A stretch of 64,000 bases of DNA from Candidatus Limnocylindria bacterium (GTDB lineage: Bacteria; Chloroflexota; Limnocylindria; QHBO01), in the NCBI GenBank assembly GCA_036380955.1, contig DASVDT010000134.1, forward strand, positions 12,571 through 76,570, read 5' to 3'. The notes under the pieces were generated by a model. It made no database searches. It saw only the letters and a program-made list of their open reading frames with translations, and had not been told where the DNA came from. The stretch's first letter is position 1, and the number at the start of each line of letters is the position of its first letter. Of this stretch, positions 37,902 to 46,523 are shown piece after piece. A program made the position numbers and the translations under genes.

Positions 37902-39128
37902 ATGCCCTCCAATTCGATCCTGATCTGCGCGCGCGGCCCGGAGCTGCGCACCGAGCTCGAGGCAGCGCTCGCCGACGCCGGCTACCAGACCGTCACCGTC
38001 ACGACCCCCGCCGATGCCGTGGCGGCGATGCGTGGACGCCGCGTGGACCTCATCGTGGCCGAAGGGCTCGCCGCGTCCGGTGCGATCGCCTCGTTGCGCA
38101 CGGCCGGCGAGGGCCAGGTCACCCCGATCCTGGTCGTCGCGCCGGCGCACGACGTCGAGGCCCGCATCGCCTTCCTGGAGGCTGGCGCCGATGACGTGAT
38201 CGCCGGCTCCTTCGCTCGCAATGAGCTCGAGGGCCGCGTCATGGCCCTGCTCATTCGCGCCGGGAAGGTCCACCCGGAGATCTCGACCCGCGCTCAGACG
38301 GGCGAGCTGGTCGCGTTCTTCAGCCCCAAGGGCGGCGTCGGAACCACCACGCTGGCGGTGAACACGGCCGTGCTGCTCGCCGGCGGTGGCGCCCCGCCAC
38401 CGGGCGTCAGCGCCTCGACCGATGGCGTCCTGCCCGCCTCCCGCGTCCTCCTGGTGGATCTCGATCTCCAGTTCGGACAGGTCGCCACGCACCTGAACCT
38501 CACGCCCCGGTATGACATCGCCGGCCTGGCCACAGACGAACAGGCCCTGGCCGATCCTGACCTCGCGAAGACGTACCTCACCGAGCACTCTTCCGGGCTC
38601 GTCGTCCTGGCCGCCCCGGTCCGGCCCGAAGCCGACTTCCGCGTCACCCTCGAGCACCTCCAGCGCATCATCGAGCTGATGAGGCCGTCGTTCGACCACA
38701 TCCTGGTCGATCTGGGCAGCCGGCTGGATCCGCGCAGCCTCTGGCTGCTGGAGCAGGCCGATGCGCACGTCTTCGTCCTCTTCCCCGAGATCGCCGCGCT
38801 CCGAGCGATGAGCCTGCTCATGGCGTTCCTGGCCGACACCACGCCGCTCAAGGCTCGCGCGTACCTCGTCGTGAACCATGTCTTCCCCAAGGAGCTGCTG
38901 AAGACGCGCGACGTCGAGAACCTGCTGCGGACGAAGCCGGCGGCGGAGATCCCCTACACCGAGGTCGACATGATCCGGTCGGTGAACGAGGGAGTCCCAC
39001 TCGTCATCAGCCGCCCCGCCGCTCCCGCCGCTGCGGCGCTGCGGCGCGTGGCGCAGGCCGTCATCGGAATCCAGCCGGCCCAGCCGACACCCGGCAAGGA
39101 GCGGCGCCGCCTCTTCGGTCGCCGCTGA
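37902..39128 (+). CDS. CpaE/TadZ-like protein: degenerate receiver domain fused to a ParA/MinD-type ATPase
   Basis: N-terminal CheY-like fold lacking the acidic pocket (ILICARG; VDLIVAEG in place of DD...D). ATPase with atypical Walker A FFSPKGGVGTTT, which has no Lys as in TadZ. High GC3 in the plus frame. Confidence 0.8.
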   Translation: MPSNSILICARGPELRTELEAALADAGYQTVTVTTPADAVAAMRGRRVDLIVAEGLAASGAIASLRTAGEGQVTPILVVAPAHDVEARIAFLEAGADDVIAGSFARNELEGRVMALLIRAGKVHPEISTRAQTGELVAFFSPKGGVGTTTLAVNTAVLLAGGGAPPPGVSASTDGVLPASRVLLVDLDLQFGQVATHLNLTPRYDIAGLATDEQALADPDLAKTYLTEHSSGLVVLAAPVRPEADFRVTLEHLQRIIELMRPSFDHILVDLGSRLDPRSLWLLEQADAHVFVLFPEIAALRAMSLLMAFLADTTPLKARAYLVVNHVFPKELLKTRDVENLLRTKPAAEIPYTEVDMIRSVNEGVPLVISRPAAPAAAALRRVAQAVIGIQPAQPTPGKERRRLFGRR

Positions 39129-39227
39129 GCACCCGCGGCACGCGTCGTGCCGGCGTCGGTCGGCATGGACGATCTCGAGCGCCGCGCAGGGAAGGCCCCC
39201 GAGGACGAGCATCCGCCAACGTAGGCG

Positions 39228-39311
39228 TGGTGCCGGAGGAGGGATTCGAACCCCCATGCCTTGCGGCCGCCGGGTTTAAGCCGGCTGCGTCTGCCATTCC
39301 GCCACTCCGGC
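39228..39311 (-). tRNA. tRNA-Leu (anticodon TAA)
   Basis: Hand-folded cloverleaf. Acceptor GCCGGAG/CTCCGGC, anticodon loop CTTAAAC, long variable arm, TTCGAAT T-loop and encoded CCA. Confidence 0.9.
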
Positions 39312-39416
39312 GTGGTTCGGCGAGCGTCGCCGAGCGTACCACCGCGGTGGGCCGATGAGCCTGCGCCCGGATCGGGGTCTAACCATCATCGAGCGCATAC
39401 CCATGGAGCCACCAAG

Positions 39417-40022
39417 ATGAAGTTGATCGCGACGATGATGCTGTCCGTGGACGGCGTGTACCAGGGTCCGGGAGGTCCCGACGAGGACCGCCGCGGCGGC
39501 TTCGACCGCGGCGGCTGGACCGCGGCCTACGCCGATGCCGGCATGGGCCCGTTCCTGGTCTCGATGTTCGATCGAGCCGATGCGCTCCTGCTGGGACGCA
39601 AGACGTGGGACATCTGGGAGCCGTACTGGCCGCAGCACGACGACAATCCGTTCGGCAAGGCCATCAATGCCCTGCCCAAGTACGTGCCATCGACCACCTT
39701 GAAGGATCCGGCGTGGCACAACACGCGCGTGATCGGCGGCGATGTCGAGGCGGCGATCCGCCAGCTCAAGGCGCAGCCGGGCAACGAGCTCCAGGTCCAT
39801 GGCAGCGGCGAGCTGCTGCGCTGGCTGCTCGAGCGTGACCTCGTCGACGAGCTGAACCTGCGCATCTACCCGGTCATCGTGGGCGACGGGCTCCGGCTCT
39901 TCCCGGCGCAGGGTCAGACGCACAACCTGGAGCTGATCGACTCACGCTCGACGTCGACCGGCGTGATGATCCAGACCTATCGGCCGGCCGGGCGCGCGTC
40001 GTTGGCGAGCGTCGGCGACTGA
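39417..40022 (+). CDS. dihydrofolate reductase-like protein (RibD C-terminal domain family)
   Basis: MKLIATMMLSVDGVYQGPGG ... LLLGRKTW ... LQVHGSGELLRWL pattern. ATG 39417 is preceded by GGAG. The track ORF is over-extended across the tRNA. Confidence 0.85.
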   Translation: MKLIATMMLSVDGVYQGPGGPDEDRRGGFDRGGWTAAYADAGMGPFLVSMFDRADALLLGRKTWDIWEPYWPQHDDNPFGKAINALPKYVPSTTLKDPAWHNTRVIGGDVEAAIRQLKAQPGNELQVHGSGELLRWLLERDLVDELNLRIYPVIVGDGLRLFPAQGQTHNLELIDSRSTSTGVMIQTYRPAGRASLASVGD

Positions 40023-40033
40023 GACGGTGAACG

Positions 40034-40108
40034 TGGAGGCGACGACGGGAATCGAACCCGTGTACGCGGTTTTGCAGACCGCTCCCTGAACCACTCGGGC
40101 ACGTCGCC
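40034..40108 (-). tRNA. tRNA-Cys (anticodon GCA)
   Basis: Acceptor GGCGACG/CGTCGCC, anticodon loop CTGCAAA, T-arm ACGGG-TTCGATT-CCCGT and encoded CCA. Confidence 0.9.
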
Positions 40109-40120
40109 ACCGTTGTCAGC

Positions 40121-40279
40121 CGGCTGGCCCGCGGGGATTCGAACCTCGGTTCACGGATCTAACGTCCGTTCGCCGTTCGGCTCAAATCGTGCTCAGATCG
40201 ATGATCTGCGCGCTCCTGACAGCCAAACCTGACAGCCAACTGGCGCCATCGAGGCACCAAGGCCGAAGCATAGCGCAGC
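40121..40279. repeat. repeat copy A: diverged 3-prime fragment of tRNA-Gln plus about 110 nt of element-arm sequence (distal att remnant)
   Basis: 40121-40170 aligns to the 3-prime 50 nt of tRNA-Gln (55423-55472) with several substitutions. 40171-40279 aligns to 41998-42106 with roughly 1 mismatch in 8-9 by eye and two 1-nt indels. Lies 12 nt from tRNA-Cys. Confidence 0.8.
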
Positions 40280-40638
40280 GGTCCGGAGACGCCAAAGAGT
40301 CCACGGGACCGGCGATGTTGACGTGCTGATCCCGGGCTTGTTGGAGTTCAAGCACTGCGCGCGGGTTCAGCTCATGCGGTCAGCCGTCGGGCGAGACTCA
40401 CACACCATGAGGCCCGCGACGCGGGCCGGGTCCCGGGCGCCAAGCGAGCGCCGCCGGCGCATCGACTCCGAGATCTCTTCAGTCGTTGTCGCGATGGCGA
40501 TCATCACGGCCCTCATCGTGCCGCCGATCTTGCCGTTACTCGTGCGTCGCGCCGAAGACGGCGCCGCGGATGCTGCGTCCGAGGCCGGGCGGCCACCCGG
40601 CACCGAGGGAACGCCTGGGCGGCGAAACTCGGCGCCTG

Positions 40639-40983
40639 TCAGTCGGTCGGCGGCGCCGCGCGGTACGTCATCACCTCCACCTTCTCCAGAGTGATGAGGC
40701 CGTCGCCGAGCATGTTGTCCAACTCCGGGAGCACGGCGCGAACCTTCTCCTCGGTGTCAACCGCCTCGATCAGGATCGGGAGGTCCTCCGAGAGGCTGAG
40801 AATCCTCGTCGCGTGCAGGTGCTGCCTGGCGCCGAAGCCCTCGATGCCGCGCAGCACAGTCGCACCGGCGAGCCCGCGCTCACGCAGCCGTTCGATGATC
40901 GCCTGGTAGAGCGGCTTGCCGTGCCAATGGTCGCTCTCGCCGAGATAGAGGCGGACCAGCAGGCCAGTTCCGTGGAGCTTCAT
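40639..40983 (-). CDS. DUF190 (PII-like) protein, CrcB-associated
   Basis: MKLHGTGLLVRLYLGESDHWHGKPLYQAII...LRGIEGFG is the typical DUF190 sequence. The ATG shares 1 nt with the crcB stop. Confidence 0.85.
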   Translation of the reverse strand: MKLHGTGLLVRLYLGESDHWHGKPLYQAIIERLRERGLAGATVLRGIEGFGARQHLHATRILSLSEDLPILIEAVDTEEKVRAVLPELDNMLGDGLITLEKVEVMTYRAAPPTD

Positions 40984-41369
40984 CAGATTGCCCTCCCAAG
41001 GGAGACGCCGGCGACAACGGCCACGACGCCGACGACGATCGAGCCCATGAGGTTGGCGGAGGCATAGAGCCACGCGCCGTCCTCGATCATGCGCCAGCTC
41101 TCCAGAGCCAGCGTCGAAAAGGTGGTGTACGCACCCAGGAAGCCGATCATCAGCGGGGCGCGCATCGAGGCCGGCAAGGCAGCGCGCTCAACGATCAACG
41201 CGAAGAGCAGACCCAGCAGCAGCGACCCAGATACATTGATGACGAACGTCCCCCACGGCAGTGCGCCACCGGTCCACGCGGTCATGCGCGCGTCGATGAA
41301 ATAGCGGGCGATCGCCCCGGCGAAGCCGCCGACCCCCACAAGCAGGACGGATATCACGGGCATCTCCAC
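40983..41369 (-). CDS. crcB: fluoride ion channel CrcB/Fluc
   Basis: 128 aa with 4 TM helices. GGFAGAIARY and GFLGAYTTFST motifs. Preceded by a fluoride riboswitch. Confidence 0.92.
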   Translation of the reverse strand: MEMPVISVLLVGVGGFAGAIARYFIDARMTAWTGGALPWGTFVINVSGSLLLGLLFALIVERAALPASMRAPLMIGFLGAYTTFSTLALESWRMIEDGAWLYASANLMGSIVVGVVAVVAGVSLGRAI

Positions 41370-41385
41370 ACGCGATCAATGCGAT

Positions 41386-41448
41386 CGGTAGGAGCCATCA
41401 GCCCTGGTGGGCGGTTGTTGGTGAGCCCCATCACCCGCTGGAAGCATG
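41386..41448 (-). promoter_or_regulatory. fluoride riboswitch (crcB RNA motif)
   Basis: The minus strand reads GCGGGUGAUGGGGCUCACCAACAACCGCCCACCAGGGCUGAUGGCUCCUACCG. This parallels the crcB motif as I recall it from the Thermotoga example: GGNGAUG...CC stem, AAC-CGCC, CCC/GGG hairpin, CUGAUGG and a pseudoknot-capable GGCUCC. Confidence 0.8.
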
Positions 41449-41467
41449 CTGGGAGGCGGCTCCGACG

Positions 41468-41759
41468 TCAATCCGGCGCAGCGCTGGTCCTGGGCGCGTA
41501 TCGCATCGAGAGCATCTCGAGGCTCGACCAGCCCAGCGTCTTCTGGACGTCATGCAGGTTCATCCCCAGCGCGCGCATGATCGAGGCGGCACTGTGCCGA
41601 AGGTCGTGCCACCTCAGCGCGGAAGGCCTTGCTCGACAGGCAGACGGTGTCAGCGCCGATCGACACTGGCCGCGCGCACTGGGTGGCCGTCTCCACCGCC
41701 ATGGCGTCGGGGCCGCGTGCATACGAGCCCGTAGTCCGTCCAGACCTCGCCCTGGTCAC
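41468..41759 (-). pseudogene. tyrosine recombinase (phage integrase) C-terminal remnant
   Basis: RWHDLRHSAASIMRALGMNLHDVQKTLGWSSLEMLSMRY matches the HxLRH ... LGH(W)-S ... Y catalytic box. Only about 480 nt are available before repeat B, and the upstream part is in another frame, so the gene is truncated and frameshifted. Confidence 0.6.
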
Positions 41760-41947
41760 CGGCGGCGGCGCTCCTCACCCGTGAGGAGCGCCTGCAAAGG
41801 CTCCTTTAGGTCCTGGCCGCGCCGCTGCCGCGCGCCACGCTCAGCGGCGCCAACGAATGGGCAATGCGGCGATGCTGCATGACAGCCAACGTGGCGACAC
41901 GGGACGCCTCTGCGTGTGCCCACAGAGGGGAAGTTGAGGGTGAAGGC

Positions 41948-42106
41948 TGGCTGCCCCGCGAGGATTCGAACCTCGGTTCACGGATCCAAAGTCCGCTCGC
42001 CGTAGGCTCAAATCGTGCTCAGATCGGGTGATCTGTGCGCTCCTGACAGCCGACGCTGACAGCGAACTGGCGCCATCCAGGCACCGAGGCGGAAGCATAG
42101 CGCAGC
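41948..42106. repeat. repeat copy B: perfect 50-nt copy of the tRNA-Gln 3-prime end plus about 110 nt of element-arm sequence (att site)
   Basis: 41948-41997 is identical to 55423-55472 by base-by-base comparison. 41998-42106 is homologous to 40171-40279. Confidence 0.85.
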
Positions 42107-42251
42107 CTACGCGCATGGGCCAAAGCAGGCTATGGGAGGTTCGGCCGATCGACCCGATGATCGGAGTCGCGCGCTCCGCCGACCTGACTCCCCCTATTTC
42201 GCACCCAGCCACACGCAGAACCGACTTGTCGCCGCCGTTGGCTCACCGAGT

Positions 42252-43655
42252 TCAGGGCTGGAGGTCGGCGGCGCGTTGGGCTTGGCCCGGGGCGATGCCC
42301 GCGCGTCGAGCGAGGCGGGTGGCGGCCGTGCCGGACCTGTCCATGACGCCACCCTCGTCGGTGGACGTCAGGCGTCCGTCTCGCAGGAGGATTCGGCCGT
42401 CGACCATCGCGAACGACGCCTCACCTCCGGTGGCCGCATAAACCAATGACGAGATTGGATCGTGTACGGGAGCTGCAAACGGGTTCGCGAGCGAGAAGCC
42501 GGCCAAGTCGGCGCGTTTTCCTGGGGTGATCGACCCGATCTCGCCCTCCATGCCGATGGCCCGCGCGCCCTCGATCGTCGCCATCTGGAGCACGCCCAAG
42601 GCGCTGATGATCTCGGGGTCCTCGGTGGCGACCTTATGCAGCAGCGCGGTAGCCTTGAGGACTTCGAGCATGTTCTGGTTGTTGTTGCTCGCCGGGCCAT
42701 CGGTCGCCAGCCCGACAGTCATACCCGCTGCCAGCATTGCCGGCACTGGCGCGATACCCGCGGCCAAGTACATGTTGCTGATCGGGTTGTGGGACACCTT
42801 GACGTCGTGACGCGCGAGGACGTCGACCTCAGCGTCCTGCACCTTCGTGCAGTGAGCGGCGAGCAGATCAGGTCCGAGAAACCCGACGTCCGCAAGGAAG
42901 TCGACTTCGCCCTTGCCGTAGGTCGCCGCAGCATAGGACGTCTCGAACGTCGTCTCCGCCATGTGGTAGGTGATCAGGACCCCTCGTTCATCGGCGAACT
43001 CACGGGTCGCTCGCAGGGCTGGCTCATCCACCATCCACAGGAGGCAGGGCGCAACACCGATCTGGATTCGCGGATGACTTCGATGAAGTTCGAGCAGGCG
43101 CGCGCAGTCCTGCAACGCCCGGTCCGCGGACTCGATCAGTGCCGGTGGGAGGCCCTGCTCGGTTCCCTGGGTCACGAATCCCCGCGCCACGATCGCGCGC
43201 ACTCCCACTGAGTCGATGCCGGCGACGACCGCATCGGTAAGGTGCGGACGCGGATGGGCATACATGAAATCGACGATGGTCGTGCAGCCAGAACGAACAG
43301 CCTCGACCGCACCATGCGCAGCCGCCGCTTCACAGTCCTCGTCCAGCAGCGCGGCAGCCGCGGGACCGGTCATCTCAACCAGCCAACGGTTCAGGGGTCG
43401 ATCATCGCCCAGACCCTTGAGCAAGGTCTGGAACAGGTGGGTGTGGGTGTTTACGAGTCCGGGAACGAGGACCGCCTCGTTACCAATGTCAATGCGTGCA
43501 GCCGCGGGGTGAGCCGCGGCGAGGACGTCGGCCACTCCGACGTCGACGATGTCACGGTCGGTCACAAAGACGCCGCCACGCTCGATGATCCCGAAACGGG
43601 AGTCCATCGTCGCCACGGTCCCGGCGGTGAGGAGTAGGCCGTCAGCGTCTGCCAT
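42252..43655 (-). CDS. amidohydrolase, ATZ/TRZ-SsnA/deaminase-like (metal-dependent hydrolase superfamily)
   Basis: PGLVNTHTHLFQT (HxH), ITYHMAET, AAHCT and GLATDG motifs of the Amidohydro_1 deaminase/chlorohydrolase group. ATG 43655 shares 1 nt with the upstream stop. Confidence 0.85.
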   Translation of the reverse strand: MADADGLLLTAGTVATMDSRFGIIERGGVFVTDRDIVDVGVADVLAAAHPAAARIDIGNEAVLVPGLVNTHTHLFQTLLKGLGDDRPLNRWLVEMTGPAAAALLDEDCEAAAAHGAVEAVRSGCTTIVDFMYAHPRPHLTDAVVAGIDSVGVRAIVARGFVTQGTEQGLPPALIESADRALQDCARLLELHRSHPRIQIGVAPCLLWMVDEPALRATREFADERGVLITYHMAETTFETSYAAATYGKGEVDFLADVGFLGPDLLAAHCTKVQDAEVDVLARHDVKVSHNPISNMYLAAGIAPVPAMLAAGMTVGLATDGPASNNNQNMLEVLKATALLHKVATEDPEIISALGVLQMATIEGARAIGMEGEIGSITPGKRADLAGFSLANPFAAPVHDPISSLVYAATGGEASFAMVDGRILLRDGRLTSTDEGGVMDRSGTAATRLARRAGIAPGQAQRAADLQP

Positions 43656-44644
43656 CAGACCTGCAGCACTACCTTGCCCTGTGTCGTCCGGCCCTCGAGC
43701 GCTTGGTGTGCTTCTGAGATCTGCTCGAGCGGCATCAGATTTCCGATGGGGATCGTGAGACGCCCTGCCGACGCGGCCGCCACGACCTGTCGAACCCCGC
43801 GGCGCCATCGCGGACTGCCAGGCTTGGCATGCAGGACCTCAAACCCAGCCATCGATGTCGAGCGCTCATACAGCTTCTTGCGCACGGGGAAGTCTGGCTC
43901 GCCGGCAGCTTCGCCAATGTTGATGAGGCGGCCGAACGGCCGCAGCGCGTCGAAGGTCCGTGGGAGAATCTCGCCACCGAGCGAGTCGATGGCGAGGTCG
44001 ACGCCTCGCGAAGCAGTAGCGTCAAGCGCCGCTGCGACGAAGTCTTCCCTACTGCGATCCACGACGCGCTCCGCACCCAGTTGTCGTGGAAGATCCTGCT
44101 TGGCTGTACTACCAACCGTACCGATGACGCGCGCTCCGGCGAGAGCTGCGAGTTGGACTAACGCCAATCCGACGCTTCCTGCGGCCGCATGGACCAGGAC
44201 GACCTCTCCACGTCGGATGCCGTGAGCGGTATACAGCAGGTGGTACGCCGTCAGGGCGGCGAGCGGGAATGCCGCTGCGTCCGCGAGCGAAAAGCCTTCT
44301 GGAATCGGTACCAGGTACGACACCGGGACCGCCACGTACTCGGCGCAGCCACCGACGAGTCGCGGTCCGCACAGCGCGGCCGTCGGCTTGCCAATCAAAT
44401 CGCGCGACACACCCCCGCCGACGTCGACGATCGTGCCGCTCGCCTCAGCACCGAGGACGACTGGATAGCTGACCGGATCGGGGTAGATGCCCTGTCGCTT
44501 CTGGATGTCACTCCAGTTGGCTGCTGCAAAGGCCACGCGCAGGAGGACCTCGCCGCGCCCAGGAACCGGCCGGTCGACAGCCTGGAGCAGCGGTTCGCCG
44601 GTCGCAGACGGTCGCCCCACCACCACTGCGCGCATCAGCGTCAT
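43655..44644 (-). CDS. NADPH:quinone oxidoreductase-like medium-chain dehydrogenase/reductase
   Basis: MDR fold: GEVLLRV ... GAEASGTIVDVG ... Rossmann motif VLVHAAAGSVG. ATG 44644 lies 8 nt after the upstream stop. Confidence 0.85.
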   Translation of the reverse strand: MTLMRAVVVGRPSATGEPLLQAVDRPVPGRGEVLLRVAFAAANWSDIQKRQGIYPDPVSYPVVLGAEASGTIVDVGGGVSRDLIGKPTAALCGPRLVGGCAEYVAVPVSYLVPIPEGFSLADAAAFPLAALTAYHLLYTAHGIRRGEVVLVHAAAGSVGLALVQLAALAGARVIGTVGSTAKQDLPRQLGAERVVDRSREDFVAAALDATASRGVDLAIDSLGGEILPRTFDALRPFGRLINIGEAAGEPDFPVRKKLYERSTSMAGFEVLHAKPGSPRWRRGVRQVVAAASAGRLTIPIGNLMPLEQISEAHQALEGRTTQGKVVLQV

Positions 44645-44654
44645 CGGACCGTCG

Positions 44655-45701
44655 CTACTCGTCGACGATCGGCGTTGGATCATATCCGCGCCACCCATCA
44701 TTCTTCCGTAGAAACAGGCCGGCGAGGAATGTCAGCATCGCTGAGTTGAACGTTCGGGTCGTGATCTCCGCGACATCGCGGTATGGATCAAGCTCGACGA
44801 AGTCAATCGCGGCGACTCGCGGGTCTTGGCCGAGCATGAAGAGCGCCTCGAACAGATCGGTGGGGTGGATCCCGTCGGCGGTCGCTGCTGCCGTTCCCGG
44901 CGCATAGCCGACCTCCAGCACGTCGATGTCAACGGTGACGTAGATCGCGTCCACCTCGCGGCCAGCGACGTCCAGGGTTCGGCTCACGACATCGTCGATG
45001 CCGCCCCGGCGAATCTCTCGCGCTGTGATGATCGTTCCGCCCTTGCCCTCTACCCAGCGCTTGTAATAGCTGGCGTTCATGAAGCCGTGAATGCCGACCT
45101 GAACCAGGTTCGCACCTGAGACTCGCACGCCGGACTGCAGGATCCCGCGGATCGGTGTTCCGTTGGTGGGCCCGTGGTCCATGACGCGCACGTCGTTGTG
45201 CGCGTCGAAGTGGATCAAGCCAACCTGCTGATCGGGGTGAGCCTTGCAGTAGGCCCGGACGGCTGGCGCCGTGATCGCATGATCACCGCCGACGATCAGC
45301 GGAAAGAAATCCTCCGGCTGATTGAACAGCTCGATGAGCGACTGCTCGATGTTCTCTATGCCCTCGCGGAGATCGAGCACCGGCACTGCAACATCGCCGA
45401 TCTCGCGGACCTTCATCGAGGCGAGATCCACGTCGTAGTCAGGCGAGTACGTCGTGTTGATCGCCCACGCTTCCTTGATCGCGTTCGGAGCCGCGTATGC
45501 GCCATTTGCGAAGATGGACGTCTTGCTCGAGGGGATGTTGATGATGCCGACGTCGAGGGCAGACTCCCAATCCCAGGGCTCGATCCAGTTGTTGACTCGA
45601 AACTCGTGCGCGTCATTCCAATGCAGCCGCTTCCGCTTTTCGGGCAGCAGCAGGTGCGGAATGCCCCGCGGATTGAGCGGAAGGTCGTAGAAGTCACCCA
45701 T
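44655..45701 (-). CDS. arginase-family ureohydrolase paralogue 1 (formimidoylglutamase/agmatinase-like)
   Basis: Metal-ligand motifs GGDHAIT, HFDAHNDV and TVDIDVLEV..PGT. ATG 45701 overlaps the gntR stop by 8 nt. Confidence 0.85.
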   Translation of the reverse strand: MGDFYDLPLNPRGIPHLLLPEKRKRLHWNDAHEFRVNNWIEPWDWESALDVGIINIPSSKTSIFANGAYAAPNAIKEAWAINTTYSPDYDVDLASMKVREIGDVAVPVLDLREGIENIEQSLIELFNQPEDFFPLIVGGDHAITAPAVRAYCKAHPDQQVGLIHFDAHNDVRVMDHGPTNGTPIRGILQSGVRVSGANLVQVGIHGFMNASYYKRWVEGKGGTIITAREIRRGGIDDVVSRTLDVAGREVDAIYVTVDIDVLEVGYAPGTAAATADGIHPTDLFEALFMLGQDPRVAAIDFVELDPYRDVAEITTRTFNSAMLTFLAGLFLRKNDGWRGYDPTPIVDE

Positions 45702-46443
45702 GTCTGGCTCCTTGATCATTCTGTGTTGGGTCAGCGGAGTCGCTAGCCGTAAGGGATTGACCAGGCGCGCCTTGTGCGACCGCCAGTGCGGCTCCGCTGA
45801 GCATGGCGTTCGATCTCCTGAACAAGGCCCAGCACTCGTTGGCCGCTTCGTCAACGTCTCCTTCGACGATGCGCGCCACGAAGCGTTCGTGATCGGCGAG
45901 CAACGGACCGAAGCTGGCTCTTCCGGCGACCGTTTCGAGCCGTATCAAGGTGCGAAGCAGTCCAACTTGGGCTTCCCAAGCCTGGAGCAGCCGCTGATTG
46001 CCTGAGACGCGGCAGAGTTCCTCGTGGAGTGTCAGATCGGCCTCGATGAACTCGACCCGATGGCCGTCCGCTGCCGCCGTGCGCATACGGTCGAGTGCCC
46101 GGCCCAAGCGCTCGCGCGCCGCTGAGTCATCTGCCGCGATGACCAGTCTGGCCGCCCCGCTCTCCAGCGAGGCGCGGACTTGGTAGATCTCGTTGATGTC
46201 TTCGGCCTTGAGTTCAGCGACCGATACGCCCCTTGGTGCCTCGTCGTGCACGAGCCCTTCCGCGCGAAGGGTTGCCAGCGCTTCGCGCACTGGGCCGCGA
46301 CTGATCTGCAGCTGACGTGCGATATCAGCCTCGATGAGTCGCGTCCCGGGGCGGAGTGACCCATCCAGGATTTTCTCGCGCAGAAGTTCGGTCGCTGTCG
46401 ACGCCAAAGTCCGCGCCTCGAGAGGCTCCAAGCCGGGAATCAT
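45694..46443 (-). CDS. GntR/FadR-family transcriptional regulator (wHTH + FCD domain)
   Basis: N-terminal LRPGTRLIEADIARQLQISRGPVREALATLRAEGLV wHTH and an all-helical FCD-like C-terminal domain. First gene of the minus-strand operon. Confidence 0.9.
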   Translation of the reverse strand: MIPGLEPLEARTLASTATELLREKILDGSLRPGTRLIEADIARQLQISRGPVREALATLRAEGLVHDEAPRGVSVAELKAEDINEIYQVRASLESGAARLVIAADDSAARERLGRALDRMRTAAADGHRVEFIEADLTLHEELCRVSGNQRLLQAWEAQVGLLRTLIRLETVAGRASFGPLLADHERFVARIVEGDVDEAANECWALFRRSNAMLSGAALAVAQGAPGQSLTASDSADPTQNDQGARHG

Positions 46444-46460
46444 CAGAACGCGTCACCGAC

Positions 46461-46481
46461 TGTTGACTGTTGACTGTCAAC
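46461..46481. promoter_or_regulatory. putative GntR operator: TGTTGAC-TGTTGAC-TGTCAAC
   Basis: Three contiguous 7-nt half-sites. 46469-46481 is the perfect palindrome GTTGAC-T-GTCAAC. It overlaps TTGACT -35-like hexamers, with TATCCT at 46487-46492. Confidence 0.5.
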
Positions 46482-46523
46482 CATCCTATCCTCGCCTCCG
46501 GCTCTCGGTCAATGGTGCGGTGA

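Larger units (their letters stand above)
40171..41947. mobile_element. decayed integrative-element remnant (about 1.8 kb) between tRNA-Gln fragments A and B
   Basis: Flanked by direct repeats A and B. Carries a truncated tyrosine integrase next to copy B and a fluoride-resistance module as cargo. Confidence 0.5.

Noticed and set aside
37881-39257. 458-aa minus-strand ORF opposite the cpaE/tadZ-like gene
   Set aside because: The plus frame carries the receiver-like fold, the KGGVGTTT P-loop and strong GC3 bias. The minus ORF has no motifs and reads into the tRNA-Leu gene.
40121-40170. Fragment A as a functional (suppressor-like) tRNA, since its anticodon-equivalent triplet reads TTA
   Set aside because: Only the 3-prime 50 nt are present, with no 5-prime acceptor strand or D-arm. 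Position 33 is G, and the 3-prime end reads CCG rather than CCA. It is an att remnant, not a gene.
40280-40638. ORFs 40323-40694 (+) and 40367-40603 (-) in the small element remnant
   Set aside because: They overlap each other and have no recognisable motifs, no Shine-Dalgarno and weak codon bias. This is probably decayed sequence.
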